Origin: an uncultured Candidatus Saccharibacteria bacterium
GTDB lineage: Bacteria; Patescibacteriota; Minisyncoccia; Phycocordibacterales; JACOZG01
Reading direction: 5' to 3'
Assembly (NCBI GenBank): GCA_964546425.1
Contig: CAZJJW010000002.1
Location: 1-53,455, forward strand
Length of the DNA stretch: 53,455 nucleotides
A program made the translations under genes and the position numbers. The notes below the pieces were generated by a model that saw only the letters and a list, made by a program, of their open reading frames with translations, was not told the origin of the DNA and did no database searches. Below, piece after piece: positions 42,624 through 49,218 of the stretch (the stretch's first letter is position 1; every line of letters begins with the position of its first letter).

Positions 42624-43402
42624 TCCTTTATTAATTCTATTGTTTGGAACATGGCTAGCACACTTATGGCGGGGGATAACATTCGTTCCAACACTTTCAC
42701 CGGAGTGTACATCCAGTAGGGCAGCAGCGATTTATAAGACAAACCGCCACTGATCAGATAGCGGAACGGGGTGTGCAATTTGACCGACTGAATTTTAAGA
42801 CGAGGGAAACGGGTTTGAAATTTTTTTCGATCTCGGACAAAAACCATCCAAGGTAAAGCGCCGTTGGCCACCGACATCGGACCCGTCGAAGGGAAGTTCC
42901 AACCAGTCATCTTTTCGTTGAACGGTTCGTGGTGAAAGTTTTTGTAGACAAATCGACTCCAAACAGTATTGGCGGGTTCAAGCATAACGATTTTTCCACC
43001 CCTTTTTAATGTTCGCTCTGCCTCGTGGAAAAACTTTTCGCACTCACCCAGGTGATGAAGCGTGTTAATCATAACTATCGCCGCCAGCTCGTGGTTGAGA
43101 AAGGGGAGCTGGTAGGCATTGATCGTCATGTCACAGTTGGGCAGAGGCAAAATGTCGGAAGTAATTACGGCCGGGTAAATCTCTTTAAGGAAGCCGCCGC
43201 CCGCGCCAAGCTCGAGAACTTTGCCAGCTTGGTTGACCCTACTCATGATCTCGCGATACCAATCGAGGTAAAGTTTCTTGATAAATTTCTTGCGCAGAAT
43301 TATTTCACGGTGATAAACGGTCATCTCCGGCGCGTCTAAGCCGTAGCGGGCTTGTTGCGCGGCATATTCTTGGTCGCGCAATAGTTTTTTCAGTAGGGCC
43401 AT
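42620..43402 (-). CDS. Class I SAM-dependent methyltransferase
   Basis: Motif I VLELGAGGGFLKE, and LKRGGKIVMLEP. Confidence 0.8.
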   Translation of the reverse strand: MALLKKLLRDQEYAAQQARYGLDAPEMTVYHREIILRKKFIKKLYLDWYREIMSRVNQAGKVLELGAGGGFLKEIYPAVITSDILPLPNCDMTINAYQLPFLNHELAAIVMINTLHHLGECEKFFHEAERTLKRGGKIVMLEPANTVWSRFVYKNFHHEPFNEKMTGWNFPSTGPMSVANGALPWMVFVRDRKKFQTRFPRLKIQSVKLHTPFRYLISGGLSYKSLLPYWMYTPVKVLERMLSPAISVLAMFQTIELIKE

Positions 43403-44656
43403 CTAAATGAATTTTATTTTTTTCAGCGCAAAAATGACCATTTTTATAAGCAACCAACCATGAGCGATCCGTCTAATGTTCGTCGCGCCATAAACACGTT
43501 CACGGTAGTGTACAGGCAAATCAATGATTTTTAGATTGAGTTTGGCGGCGCCAAAAAGCAGATCAAAATCACCAAATGGATCAAAATCACCAAAAAATTT
43601 ACGATTCCGGATTATTTTTTGGTAGTCCTTTCGCCACAAAACTTTCGTGCCGCACAAAGTGTCTTTTAGTTGTTGCCCCAAGATCCAACTAAAGGCTGAA
43701 CTAAAAAACTTGTTACCAAGAAAATTAAGCAGGCGCATTGACTCTTTTTCCATGGGGTAGACTAATCTGGAGCCGTTTATAAAATCGGCTTGGTAACTAA
43801 CGATCGCTCGGAAAAACTTGTCCATTTCCTCGGGCGGTACAGTCATATCAGCATCGTAAATTGCCAAAATATCACCGGTGGCCAGCTCGAAACCGCAACG
43901 AACGGCGTCGCCTTTACCGCGACCACTCTGTTGAGCAAACTTAATCTTTCTTGTCGCGCCGTAGGCGCGGGCGACTCGTTCGATCTCGGCGTAAGTTTTA
44001 TCAGTAGAGTTCCCTTCAATAAAAATTATTTCCGTCCCGCTGCCTAATTGTGGTAGTTCACGAGCGATTTTTTCGATGGTACCCATTTCATTAAGCGCCG
44101 GTACGACGATCGAGATGGAGGGTAAGTTTTGTTGATTTGGCCGCTGGACCTTTCTCAAAACAAAAAAATTGAAAAGTCCCAAATGATTGAATGGCCATAG
44201 ATTGGAAAGAAACTGATTAAGAAAAACTGAGATGATTGGCAGATAAATCGGCGCGATCATTTTTGTTCCCATTCTTACCACTTCAAATTGGGCCAGCGTT
44301 GCAAAATTTTTGATGTCGTTTTTGGTCAACCAATTTTGTTCAATGACCTGATTACGCATCCCCAACTTAGAAGCCAGACGGAGAACCGGTTCCCAGAGAG
44401 TGCTGTATTGAGTAATAATCAGTCGGCCGTCAGGCGCTAAAGCCGCTCCAGCTCCTAAGAAAAAAGTATCGATGTCGTGAACGTGACCGAGAATATCCGA
44501 AGCGACGATATAGTTCCATTCATCAGTCGGTAGCGGGGCAACCTTTTTCTTTGCAGTCTGGCTGGGGTTGACCCGGAAACTACATTCTCCCGGGAGGAGT
44601 AGAGACTGAACGAAAGATTCCAAATAGGAATAGTAATATCGTTTCCAAAACATCAT
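43403..44656 (-). CDS. GT2 glycosyltransferase (polyprenyl-phosphate sugar synthase-like) with a degenerate N-terminal methyltransferase-like domain
   Basis: ISIVVPALNEMGTIEKI...IIFIEGNSTDKT, AIYDADMT (DxD). The N-terminal 170 aa keep YIVASDILGHVHDI and LAPDGRLIIT but lack a GxGxG motif I. Confidence 0.75.
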   Translation of the reverse strand: MMFWKRYYYSYLESFVQSLLLPGECSFRVNPSQTAKKKVAPLPTDEWNYIVASDILGHVHDIDTFFLGAGAALAPDGRLIITQYSTLWEPVLRLASKLGMRNQVIEQNWLTKNDIKNFATLAQFEVVRMGTKMIAPIYLPIISVFLNQFLSNLWPFNHLGLFNFFVLRKVQRPNQQNLPSISIVVPALNEMGTIEKIARELPQLGSGTEIIFIEGNSTDKTYAEIERVARAYGATRKIKFAQQSGRGKGDAVRCGFELATGDILAIYDADMTVPPEEMDKFFRAIVSYQADFINGSRLVYPMEKESMRLLNFLGNKFFSSAFSWILGQQLKDTLCGTKVLWRKDYQKIIRNRKFFGDFDPFGDFDLLFGAAKLNLKIIDLPVHYRERVYGATNIRRIAHGWLLIKMVIFALKKIKFI

Positions 44657-44665
44657 TTTAGAGAT

Positions 44666-45715
44666 TTAGATCCGGTGGCCGTTAGTTTTGAGTCGCGCCA
44701 AGTCAGCTTTGGCCATTAGCTCAACCAGTTTCTTGAAAGTTACTTTGGGTTTCCAGCCAAGAACCTTCCGCGCTTTGGTCGCGTCCCCAAGCAAGAGATC
44801 AACTTCGGCTGGACGGTAATAACGAGGGTCTATTTCGATTAGGGTCTTGCCGCTCTTTTTGTCTAGCCCTTTTTCAGTCAGACCTTTTCCTTTCCAGACC
44901 AACTCGAAGTCAAAGTGTCGTGCCGCCTCCTCGGCAAATTCTCGGACAGAATGATTTTCTCCCGTAGCGAGTATATAGTCGTCTGGTTTGGTGTGCTGAA
45001 GTATGCGCCACATACCCTCGACATAGTCTTTGGCATGACCCCAGTCACGTTTAGCATTAAGGTTACCGAGATAGAGCCGGTTCGCGAGACCGAGTTTAAT
45101 TTTGGCAAATCCCGATGTGATCTTGCGGGTGACGAAAGTCTCACCGCGCCGCTCGCTCTCATGATTGAAGAGGATGCCGTTACAGGCGAAGAGTCCGTAG
45201 GCTTCACGATAATTTCTAGTGATCCAATACGCAAAAACTTTGGCGCAGCCGTAAGGTGAGCGGGGATGGAACGGCGTGGTTTCTTTCTGCGGTGTCTCCT
45301 CGACTTGGCCGAACATCTCGGACGATGACGCCTGATAAAAGCGGGTTTTCAGTTTGGTCTCGCGGATAGCGTCTAGCAGACGCAAAGTTCCGAGACCGGT
45401 AACGTCAGCGGTAAATTCCGGGATATCAAACGACACCCGCACATGACTTTGTGACCCAAGATTGTAGATCTCGTCCGGCCGCACTTGTTCCAGGATGCGA
45501 TTTAAGGAGCTCGAGTCTCCAAGATCGCCGTAGTGGCCAGTCAATTTGGGATTTGGTGTGTGTGGGTCCTGAAAGATGTGATCGATCCGCGCCGTATTGA
45601 AGGAGCTAGAACGGCGGAAGACACCATGAACTTCGTAACCCTTTTCGAGCAAAAGCTCGGCCAAGTAAGAACCGTCCTGGCCAGTGATACCGGTAATTAA
45701 AACCTTTTTTATCAT
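44666..45715 (-). CDS. gmd: GDP-mannose 4,6-dehydratase
   Basis: Colinear with E. coli Gmd: [78 protein letters not shown]. Confidence 0.9.
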   Translation of the reverse strand: MIKKVLITGITGQDGSYLAELLLEKGYEVHGVFRRSSSFNTARIDHIFQDPHTPNPKLTGHYGDLGDSSSLNRILEQVRPDEIYNLGSQSHVRVSFDIPEFTADVTGLGTLRLLDAIRETKLKTRFYQASSSEMFGQVEETPQKETTPFHPRSPYGCAKVFAYWITRNYREAYGLFACNGILFNHESERRGETFVTRKITSGFAKIKLGLANRLYLGNLNAKRDWGHAKDYVEGMWRILQHTKPDDYILATGENHSVREFAEEAARHFDFELVWKGKGLTEKGLDKKSGKTLIEIDPRYYRPAEVDLLLGDATKARKVLGWKPKVTFKKLVELMAKADLARLKTNGHRI

Positions 45716-45723
45716 CGGGTTCG

Positions 45724-45767
45724 AGTATAACTCTTTTGTTGCTAGTTGGCCAGCTCCATGTTAGGAT
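45724..45767. promoter_or_regulatory. Divergent promoter region (gmd leftward, ligase-TPR paralogue rightward)
   Basis: Minus-strand TATACT (45729-45724) lies 8 nt before gmd ATG 45715. Plus-strand TTGCTA (45739-45744), 17-nt spacer, TAGGAT (45762-45767) lies 8 nt before ATG 45776. No SD on either side. Confidence 0.4.
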
Positions 45768-45775
45768 AACGGCGT

Positions 45776-47860
45776 ATGACCATAAAACATGTCCTGCGCG
45801 GATCGGTTGTCGTTGGTTTGTTCGGTCTTCTGTTGACCCCGCTTTTGGTGAGTAATAGTTTGTTTTTCCCTTACATCACCGGCAAAGCTTTTTTCTTTCG
45901 ACTGATTACCGAAATCATCTTCGCTCTATGGTTGGGACTAATCCTGTTGGATAAAAGCTATCGCCCGCGCCGGTCGCTACTGCTTCTTGCTCTGACGGTT
46001 TTTACCGCCATTGTCACTTTGGCCACAATTTTTAGCCAAAATCCGGCGCGCAGTTTTTGGTCTAATTTCGAGCGGATGGAAGGTTTAATCACCTACTTTC
46101 ACCTGCTGGCTTACTTTGTGGTTTTAGGTTCGGTCTTGCAAAGCGAAAAATTGTGGCGTTGGTTTTTCAATTTCTCGATCGCGGTCAGTGTGGTGGTTGG
46201 TTTGTACAGCTTAAGCCAGATTGTCCACGGCTTACAAGCCGGGGCGATTGGCCGCATTGACGCCACTCTGGGCAACCCGACTTATTTGGCGGTTTATATG
46301 CTGATCAATGTTTTCCTGGCGGCTTGGCAGTGGTGGCGCGCTCGAGCCGAGACGGGTTGGCCCTATCTCTATGGGCCGGTTATTTTTCTCCAGCTTGTTG
46401 TTCTTTATTACACCGCCACCCGCGGCGCGATTCTCGGCTTCATTGGTGGCGGTCTCATTGCGGCTCTCATAATGATTCTCTGGGGTTGGCGGGAGGGGTT
46501 AGTCAAACGTTTGGCCGGGGGACTATTTTTGGGTTTAATTATTTTGACCGCCGGCTTCTGGCTCCTTAAGGATGCTTCCTTTGTTAAGCAAAATCCGGTA
46601 CTCTCACGTTTTGCGAATATCTCACTGACCGAACAGACGACCGAATCGCGCCTGACTATTTGGGCGATGAGCCTCCGGGGATTTAAAGAGCGCCCACTCT
46701 TGGGTTGGGGGCCGGAGAATTATAATTTGGTGTTTAACAAATATTATGAGCCGAAGTTATTCCGCAACGAACAATGGTTTGACCGTTCGCACAACATCTT
46801 TTTCGATTGGTTGATCAGCGCCGGTTTGCTTGGTTTGATCGGTTATCTATCTTTGTTTGCTCTGGTGTTCTATTATATTTGGCGGCGCTCCGCTGACACG
46901 GTTGAACGGGCGTTGTGGGTTGGTTTCCTGGTGGCGTACTTTTTCCAAAATATTTTTGTCTTCGATAACCTGATCAGCTATCTTTTATTCTGGTCAATTT
47001 TAGCTTATTGGCATCGGCGCAGTTTACCGCCGGTTTCAATGCCGCTGACCGCGGTCAACCCCAAATCGTTTGGCCGGCAAGCGGCGACGGTAATCATTGC
47101 CGCGGCGACCATTTTCATCATTTATGCTGTGAACGTCAAGCCTTGGTTAGCAAACCGAAACTTGATTCGGGCCTTAACCCCTTCGTCTGATCCGGTCAGC
47201 AATCTCACTTTGTTTAAACAGGTGCTAGCCTCCGGGACACCGATTGGTTTCGCCGAGACCCGCGAGCAACTTCTTAATACCGCGCTCGGCGTCTATGGTA
47301 ACGATAAGATTGCAACTAGCACGAGGGAGCTATTTATCAATCTGGCGGCCAACGAAATGGGCGCCCAAGTTAAACAGGCGCCCACCGACGCCCGCCATCA
47401 ATTATTTCTCGGCACATTTTTGTTGAATTTGGGTCAAACTCAACTGGCCCTGCCCTACTTGGAACGAGCGCACGAACTTTCGCCGCGCAAGCAGACAATT
47501 ATGTTTGCATTGGCGCGGGGCTACTTCCAGGCCGGTCAATCGGCCCGGGCAGTTAAGTTGACCGAAGAGGCCTTTAATCTCGATCGGCGCTTCGAATCGG
47601 CCCGCAACTTTTTGATTGAATTATATGTTGGGACTAAAAATTACCCCGAGGTTTTGAAGTTGTGGCAGGAGGCGGTGGCCATTGACCCGGCCAATGTCCA
47701 ATCGCGCCTCTCTCTGGCCGCTTCTTATTTGGCCAATGGCAAACGTGATTTGGCCATTGAGGCGCTAGAAGCGGTGTTGACACTAGACCCCAAACAGAAA
47801 GCGCAAGTAGATTTTTATATCAAAGAAATCCGCGCTGGCCGCAATCCGGTGCAGGAATGA
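45776..47860 (+). CDS. O-antigen ligase/polymerase-like (Wzy_C) membrane protein fused to TPR repeats, second paralogue
   Basis: N-terminus PYITGKAFFFRLITEI parallels PFVTGKAFVFRILVEL of 9363..11330. Wzy_C loop DRSHNIFFDWLISAGLLGL. C-terminal TPR region. Confidence 0.75.
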   Translation: MTIKHVLRGSVVVGLFGLLLTPLLVSNSLFFPYITGKAFFFRLITEIIFALWLGLILLDKSYRPRRSLLLLALTVFTAIVTLATIFSQNPARSFWSNFERMEGLITYFHLLAYFVVLGSVLQSEKLWRWFFNFSIAVSVVVGLYSLSQIVHGLQAGAIGRIDATLGNPTYLAVYMLINVFLAAWQWWRARAETGWPYLYGPVIFLQLVVLYYTATRGAILGFIGGGLIAALIMILWGWREGLVKRLAGGLFLGLIILTAGFWLLKDASFVKQNPVLSRFANISLTEQTTESRLTIWAMSLRGFKERPLLGWGPENYNLVFNKYYEPKLFRNEQWFDRSHNIFFDWLISAGLLGLIGYLSLFALVFYYIWRRSADTVERALWVGFLVAYFFQNIFVFDNLISYLLFWSILAYWHRRSLPPVSMPLTAVNPKSFGRQAATVIIAAATIFIIYAVNVKPWLANRNLIRALTPSSDPVSNLTLFKQVLASGTPIGFAETREQLLNTALGVYGNDKIATSTRELFINLAANEMGAQVKQAPTDARHQLFLGTFLLNLGQTQLALPYLERAHELSPRKQTIMFALARGYFQAGQSARAVKLTEEAFNLDRRFESARNFLIELYVGTKNYPEVLKLWQEAVAIDPANVQSRLSLAASYLANGKRDLAIEALEAVLTLDPKQKAQVDFYIKEIRAGRNPVQE

Positions 47861-47862
47861 GT

Positions 47863-47871
47863 TGTGGATAA
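47863..47871 (-). promoter_or_regulatory. Perfect DnaA-box 9-mer (TGTGGATAA = reverse complement of TTATCCACA)
   Basis: Exact consensus, 2 nt after the ligase stop and 6 nt upstream of the candidate -35. Confidence 0.4.
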
Positions 47872-47876
47872 GCCTC

Positions 47877-47905
47877 TTGCGGGTTGCTGGGGGGGGGGTT
47901 ATACT
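47877..47905 (+). promoter_or_regulatory. Candidate promoter whose 17-nt spacer contains a G10 tract
   Basis: TTGCGG (47877-47882), 17-nt spacer (47883-47899), TATACT (47900-47905). ATG at 47944. Confidence 0.45.
47889..47898. repeat. Homopolymeric G10 tract
   Basis: ctgg+gggggggg read directly. The longest G/C homopolymer I noticed in the window. Confidence 0.95.
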
Positions 47906-47943
47906 AGATTATTATTAGTCAGATAATAATTTTTGCTAAATAT

Positions 47944-48687
47944 ATGAAAAAGTATCTCATACCAGCAACGTTTCTGTGTCTTTTAGTTGTTACGCCAGCT
48001 TTAGCCCAAACCTCAACCGTTACTGTGGTTCGGCCAAATGGCGGAGAGATTTTGTATCCGGGCCAACAGCAAATAATTCAGTGGAGTGCTCCCAGCTCGA
48101 CTCCAACTGTTAGTCTTTACTTACTCTATAATCAAAGTATGACCAGTCCTGCCATCGCGTCGGCTACACCTAACACCGGTTCTTATTTGTGGACGGTCCC
48201 CGCTATTGGCGGCAATCCCAATAATTTATTCCAAATTTACCTGGTGACGCCCGGCGGTACCGATAGAAGTGATGGTTACTTTACAATCAATTCAGGCCCA
48301 TTCATTGACCTGAAAGTAAATGGTGGCAACGGTCCCGTTACTGTCGCCCCTAACACCCCATTTACTCTCTCCTGGCTCGGCAACTTTACCCGCCCTTGCC
48401 CCGCCTATGGCTTTATGCCCGGCTGGGGCGGTTTCAAGCAAGTCACGAGCAATGTCATTGGCTCAACCACCATCTCTCTTCCAGCCTACAGCGCTGGGCG
48501 GACCTATAACCCCAGCTTATATTGCACCATCTGGTCTGGCGCTACGACTTCCACCATCGTCACCGACAGTGTTAGGGTAAACGTCATCGGCAGTACCACT
48601 ACTCTCATCTCCCGGGCCGAGAGCTTGAATCTCATTGCCGCCATGCTTGAGGCGATTCGGAATTTGCTTAGCACCTTGGGTCGGTAG
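47944..48687 (+). CDS. Secreted Ser/Thr-rich protein (Kre9/KNH-like N-terminal beta domain by pattern)
   Basis: Signal peptide MKKYLIPATFLCLLVVTPALA|QT. VVRPNGGEILYPGQQQIIQWS...GSYLWTVPA resembles the Ser-Thr-rich surface-domain pattern. Confidence 0.65.
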   Translation: MKKYLIPATFLCLLVVTPALAQTSTVTVVRPNGGEILYPGQQQIIQWSAPSSTPTVSLYLLYNQSMTSPAIASATPNTGSYLWTVPAIGGNPNNLFQIYLVTPGGTDRSDGYFTINSGPFIDLKVNGGNGPVTVAPNTPFTLSWLGNFTRPCPAYGFMPGWGGFKQVTSNVIGSTTISLPAYSAGRTYNPSLYCTIWSGATTSTIVTDSVRVNVIGSTTTLISRAESLNLIAAMLEAIRNLLSTLGR

Positions 48688-48706
48688 GCGGAGTTGTGTG
48701 GGGCGC

Positions 48707-48735
48707 TTGACTTATTTTTTGCAATTTGCTAAGCT
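48707..48735 (+). promoter_or_regulatory. Candidate promoter in the non-coding interval
   Basis: TTGACT (48707-48712), 17-nt spacer, TAAGCT (48730-48735). Confidence 0.4.
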
Positions 48736-48741
48736 CTAAGA

Positions 48742-48827
48742 CGTGGGTGCGGTTCTGGTGGCAACATTGGAACTGGCTCCAACTAAATGTAAATGTCTTG
48801 CGAAAGGCCCGCCTCTGGCGGGTTTTT
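48742..48827 (+). ncRNA. Candidate small RNA (~85 nt) of unknown class
   Basis: Runs from about 7 nt after the candidate -10 to the hairpin cccgcc-tct-ggcggg plus T5 (48807-48827). No credible ORF and no known RNA-family motif recognised. Confidence 0.3.
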
Positions 48828-48858
48828 CGTGCCTGGTTTATAATCAGAACAGGTTTTG

Positions 48859-48937
48859 TGCCCACTGACGGTCGGCGGTCGCACTCACATAAGACATTTA
48901 GTTTTTGGAGCTCGCACCCGCCGGCCGTCCGTGAGCA
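48859..48937. other. Long imperfect hairpin (12-bp core stem plus 6-bp extension)
   Basis: gacggtcggcgg (48867-48878) pairs with ccgccggccgtc (48918-48929), one G-U pair. The flanks tgcccac/gtgagca extend the stem. The 39-nt apical region contains aagacatttag, complementary to ctaaatgt..ctt at 48783-48799. Confidence 0.5.
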
Positions 48938-48975
48938 GAAAATTATTTTAAACCCGCCTTATCGGCGGGCAAGAG

Positions 48976-48984
48976 TTATCCACA
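48976..48984 (+). promoter_or_regulatory. Perfect DnaA-box 9-mer (TTATCCACA)
   Basis: Exact consensus, followed by an AT-rich stretch (48985-49030). Confidence 0.4.
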
Positions 48985-49061
48985 CTTTGATTGAAAAAGT
49001 TATTGTTTCTTTTTTATTTTTGCGCGATAATAATCAAGTCAGAGCAATCAGCGGTCGGAGA

Positions 49062-49090
49062 TTGCAATCGAGCTTTATAGAAATTTAAAT
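49062..49090 (+). promoter_or_regulatory. Candidate promoter of the polybasic mini-gene
   Basis: TTGCAA (49062-49067), 17-nt spacer, TTAAAT (49085-49090). The ATG lies 11 nt after the -10 box. Confidence 0.35.
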
Positions 49091-49101
49091 CACTCTCAAT
49101 T

Positions 49102-49152
49102 ATGGCAAAAAGAAAAAAGGCGAAGAAGGGCAAGAGAAAGTCTCGCCGCTAG
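49102..49152 (+). CDS. 16-codon polybasic micro-ORF (MAKRKKAKKGKRKSRR)
   Basis: ATG...TAG read directly; 12 of 16 residues are Lys/Arg. Bracketed by a candidate promoter and a hairpin plus T9 terminator. Below the ORF-track length cutoff. Confidence 0.35.
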   Translation: MAKRKKAKKGKRKSRR

Positions 49153-49173
49153 TCTGTCGGTTTTGAAAAAATC

Positions 49174-49196
49174 TCCCCACCGGGGGATTTTTTTTG
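49174..49196 (+). terminator. Rho-independent terminator after the mini-gene
   Basis: Stem tcccc/gggga with loop accg, followed by T9 (49188-49196). Confidence 0.6.
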
Positions 49197-49203
49197 CGAA
49201 AAA

Positions 49204-49212
49204 TGTTATACT
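49204..49212 (+). promoter_or_regulatory. Extended -10 element (TGtTATACT) directly upstream of secA
   Basis: Ends 6 nt before the secA GTG at 49219. No SD is present. Confidence 0.45.
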
Positions 49213-49218
49213 CGACCG

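Noticed and set aside
48742-48969. Assignment of the structured interval to SRP RNA, 6S RNA, tmRNA or RNase P RNA
   Set aside because: None of the conserved cores I know is present. That covers the SRP GGAA tetraloop with AGCA/GGAA loops, the tmRNA tRNA-like ends, and the RNase P GAGGAAAGUCC motif. It is left as unknown-class.
48726-49088. 120-aa ORF from the track in the non-coding interval
   Set aside because: It has a TTG start, a W/R-rich implausible composition and no RBS. It runs straight through three hairpins or terminators and a DnaA box. I treated it as non-coding.
47861-49218. Calling this region the chromosomal origin (oriC)
   Set aside because: There are only two DnaA boxes and no dnaA or dnaN nearby. 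No strand-bias switch in gene orientation is evident within the window. It is kept only as a low-interest observation.
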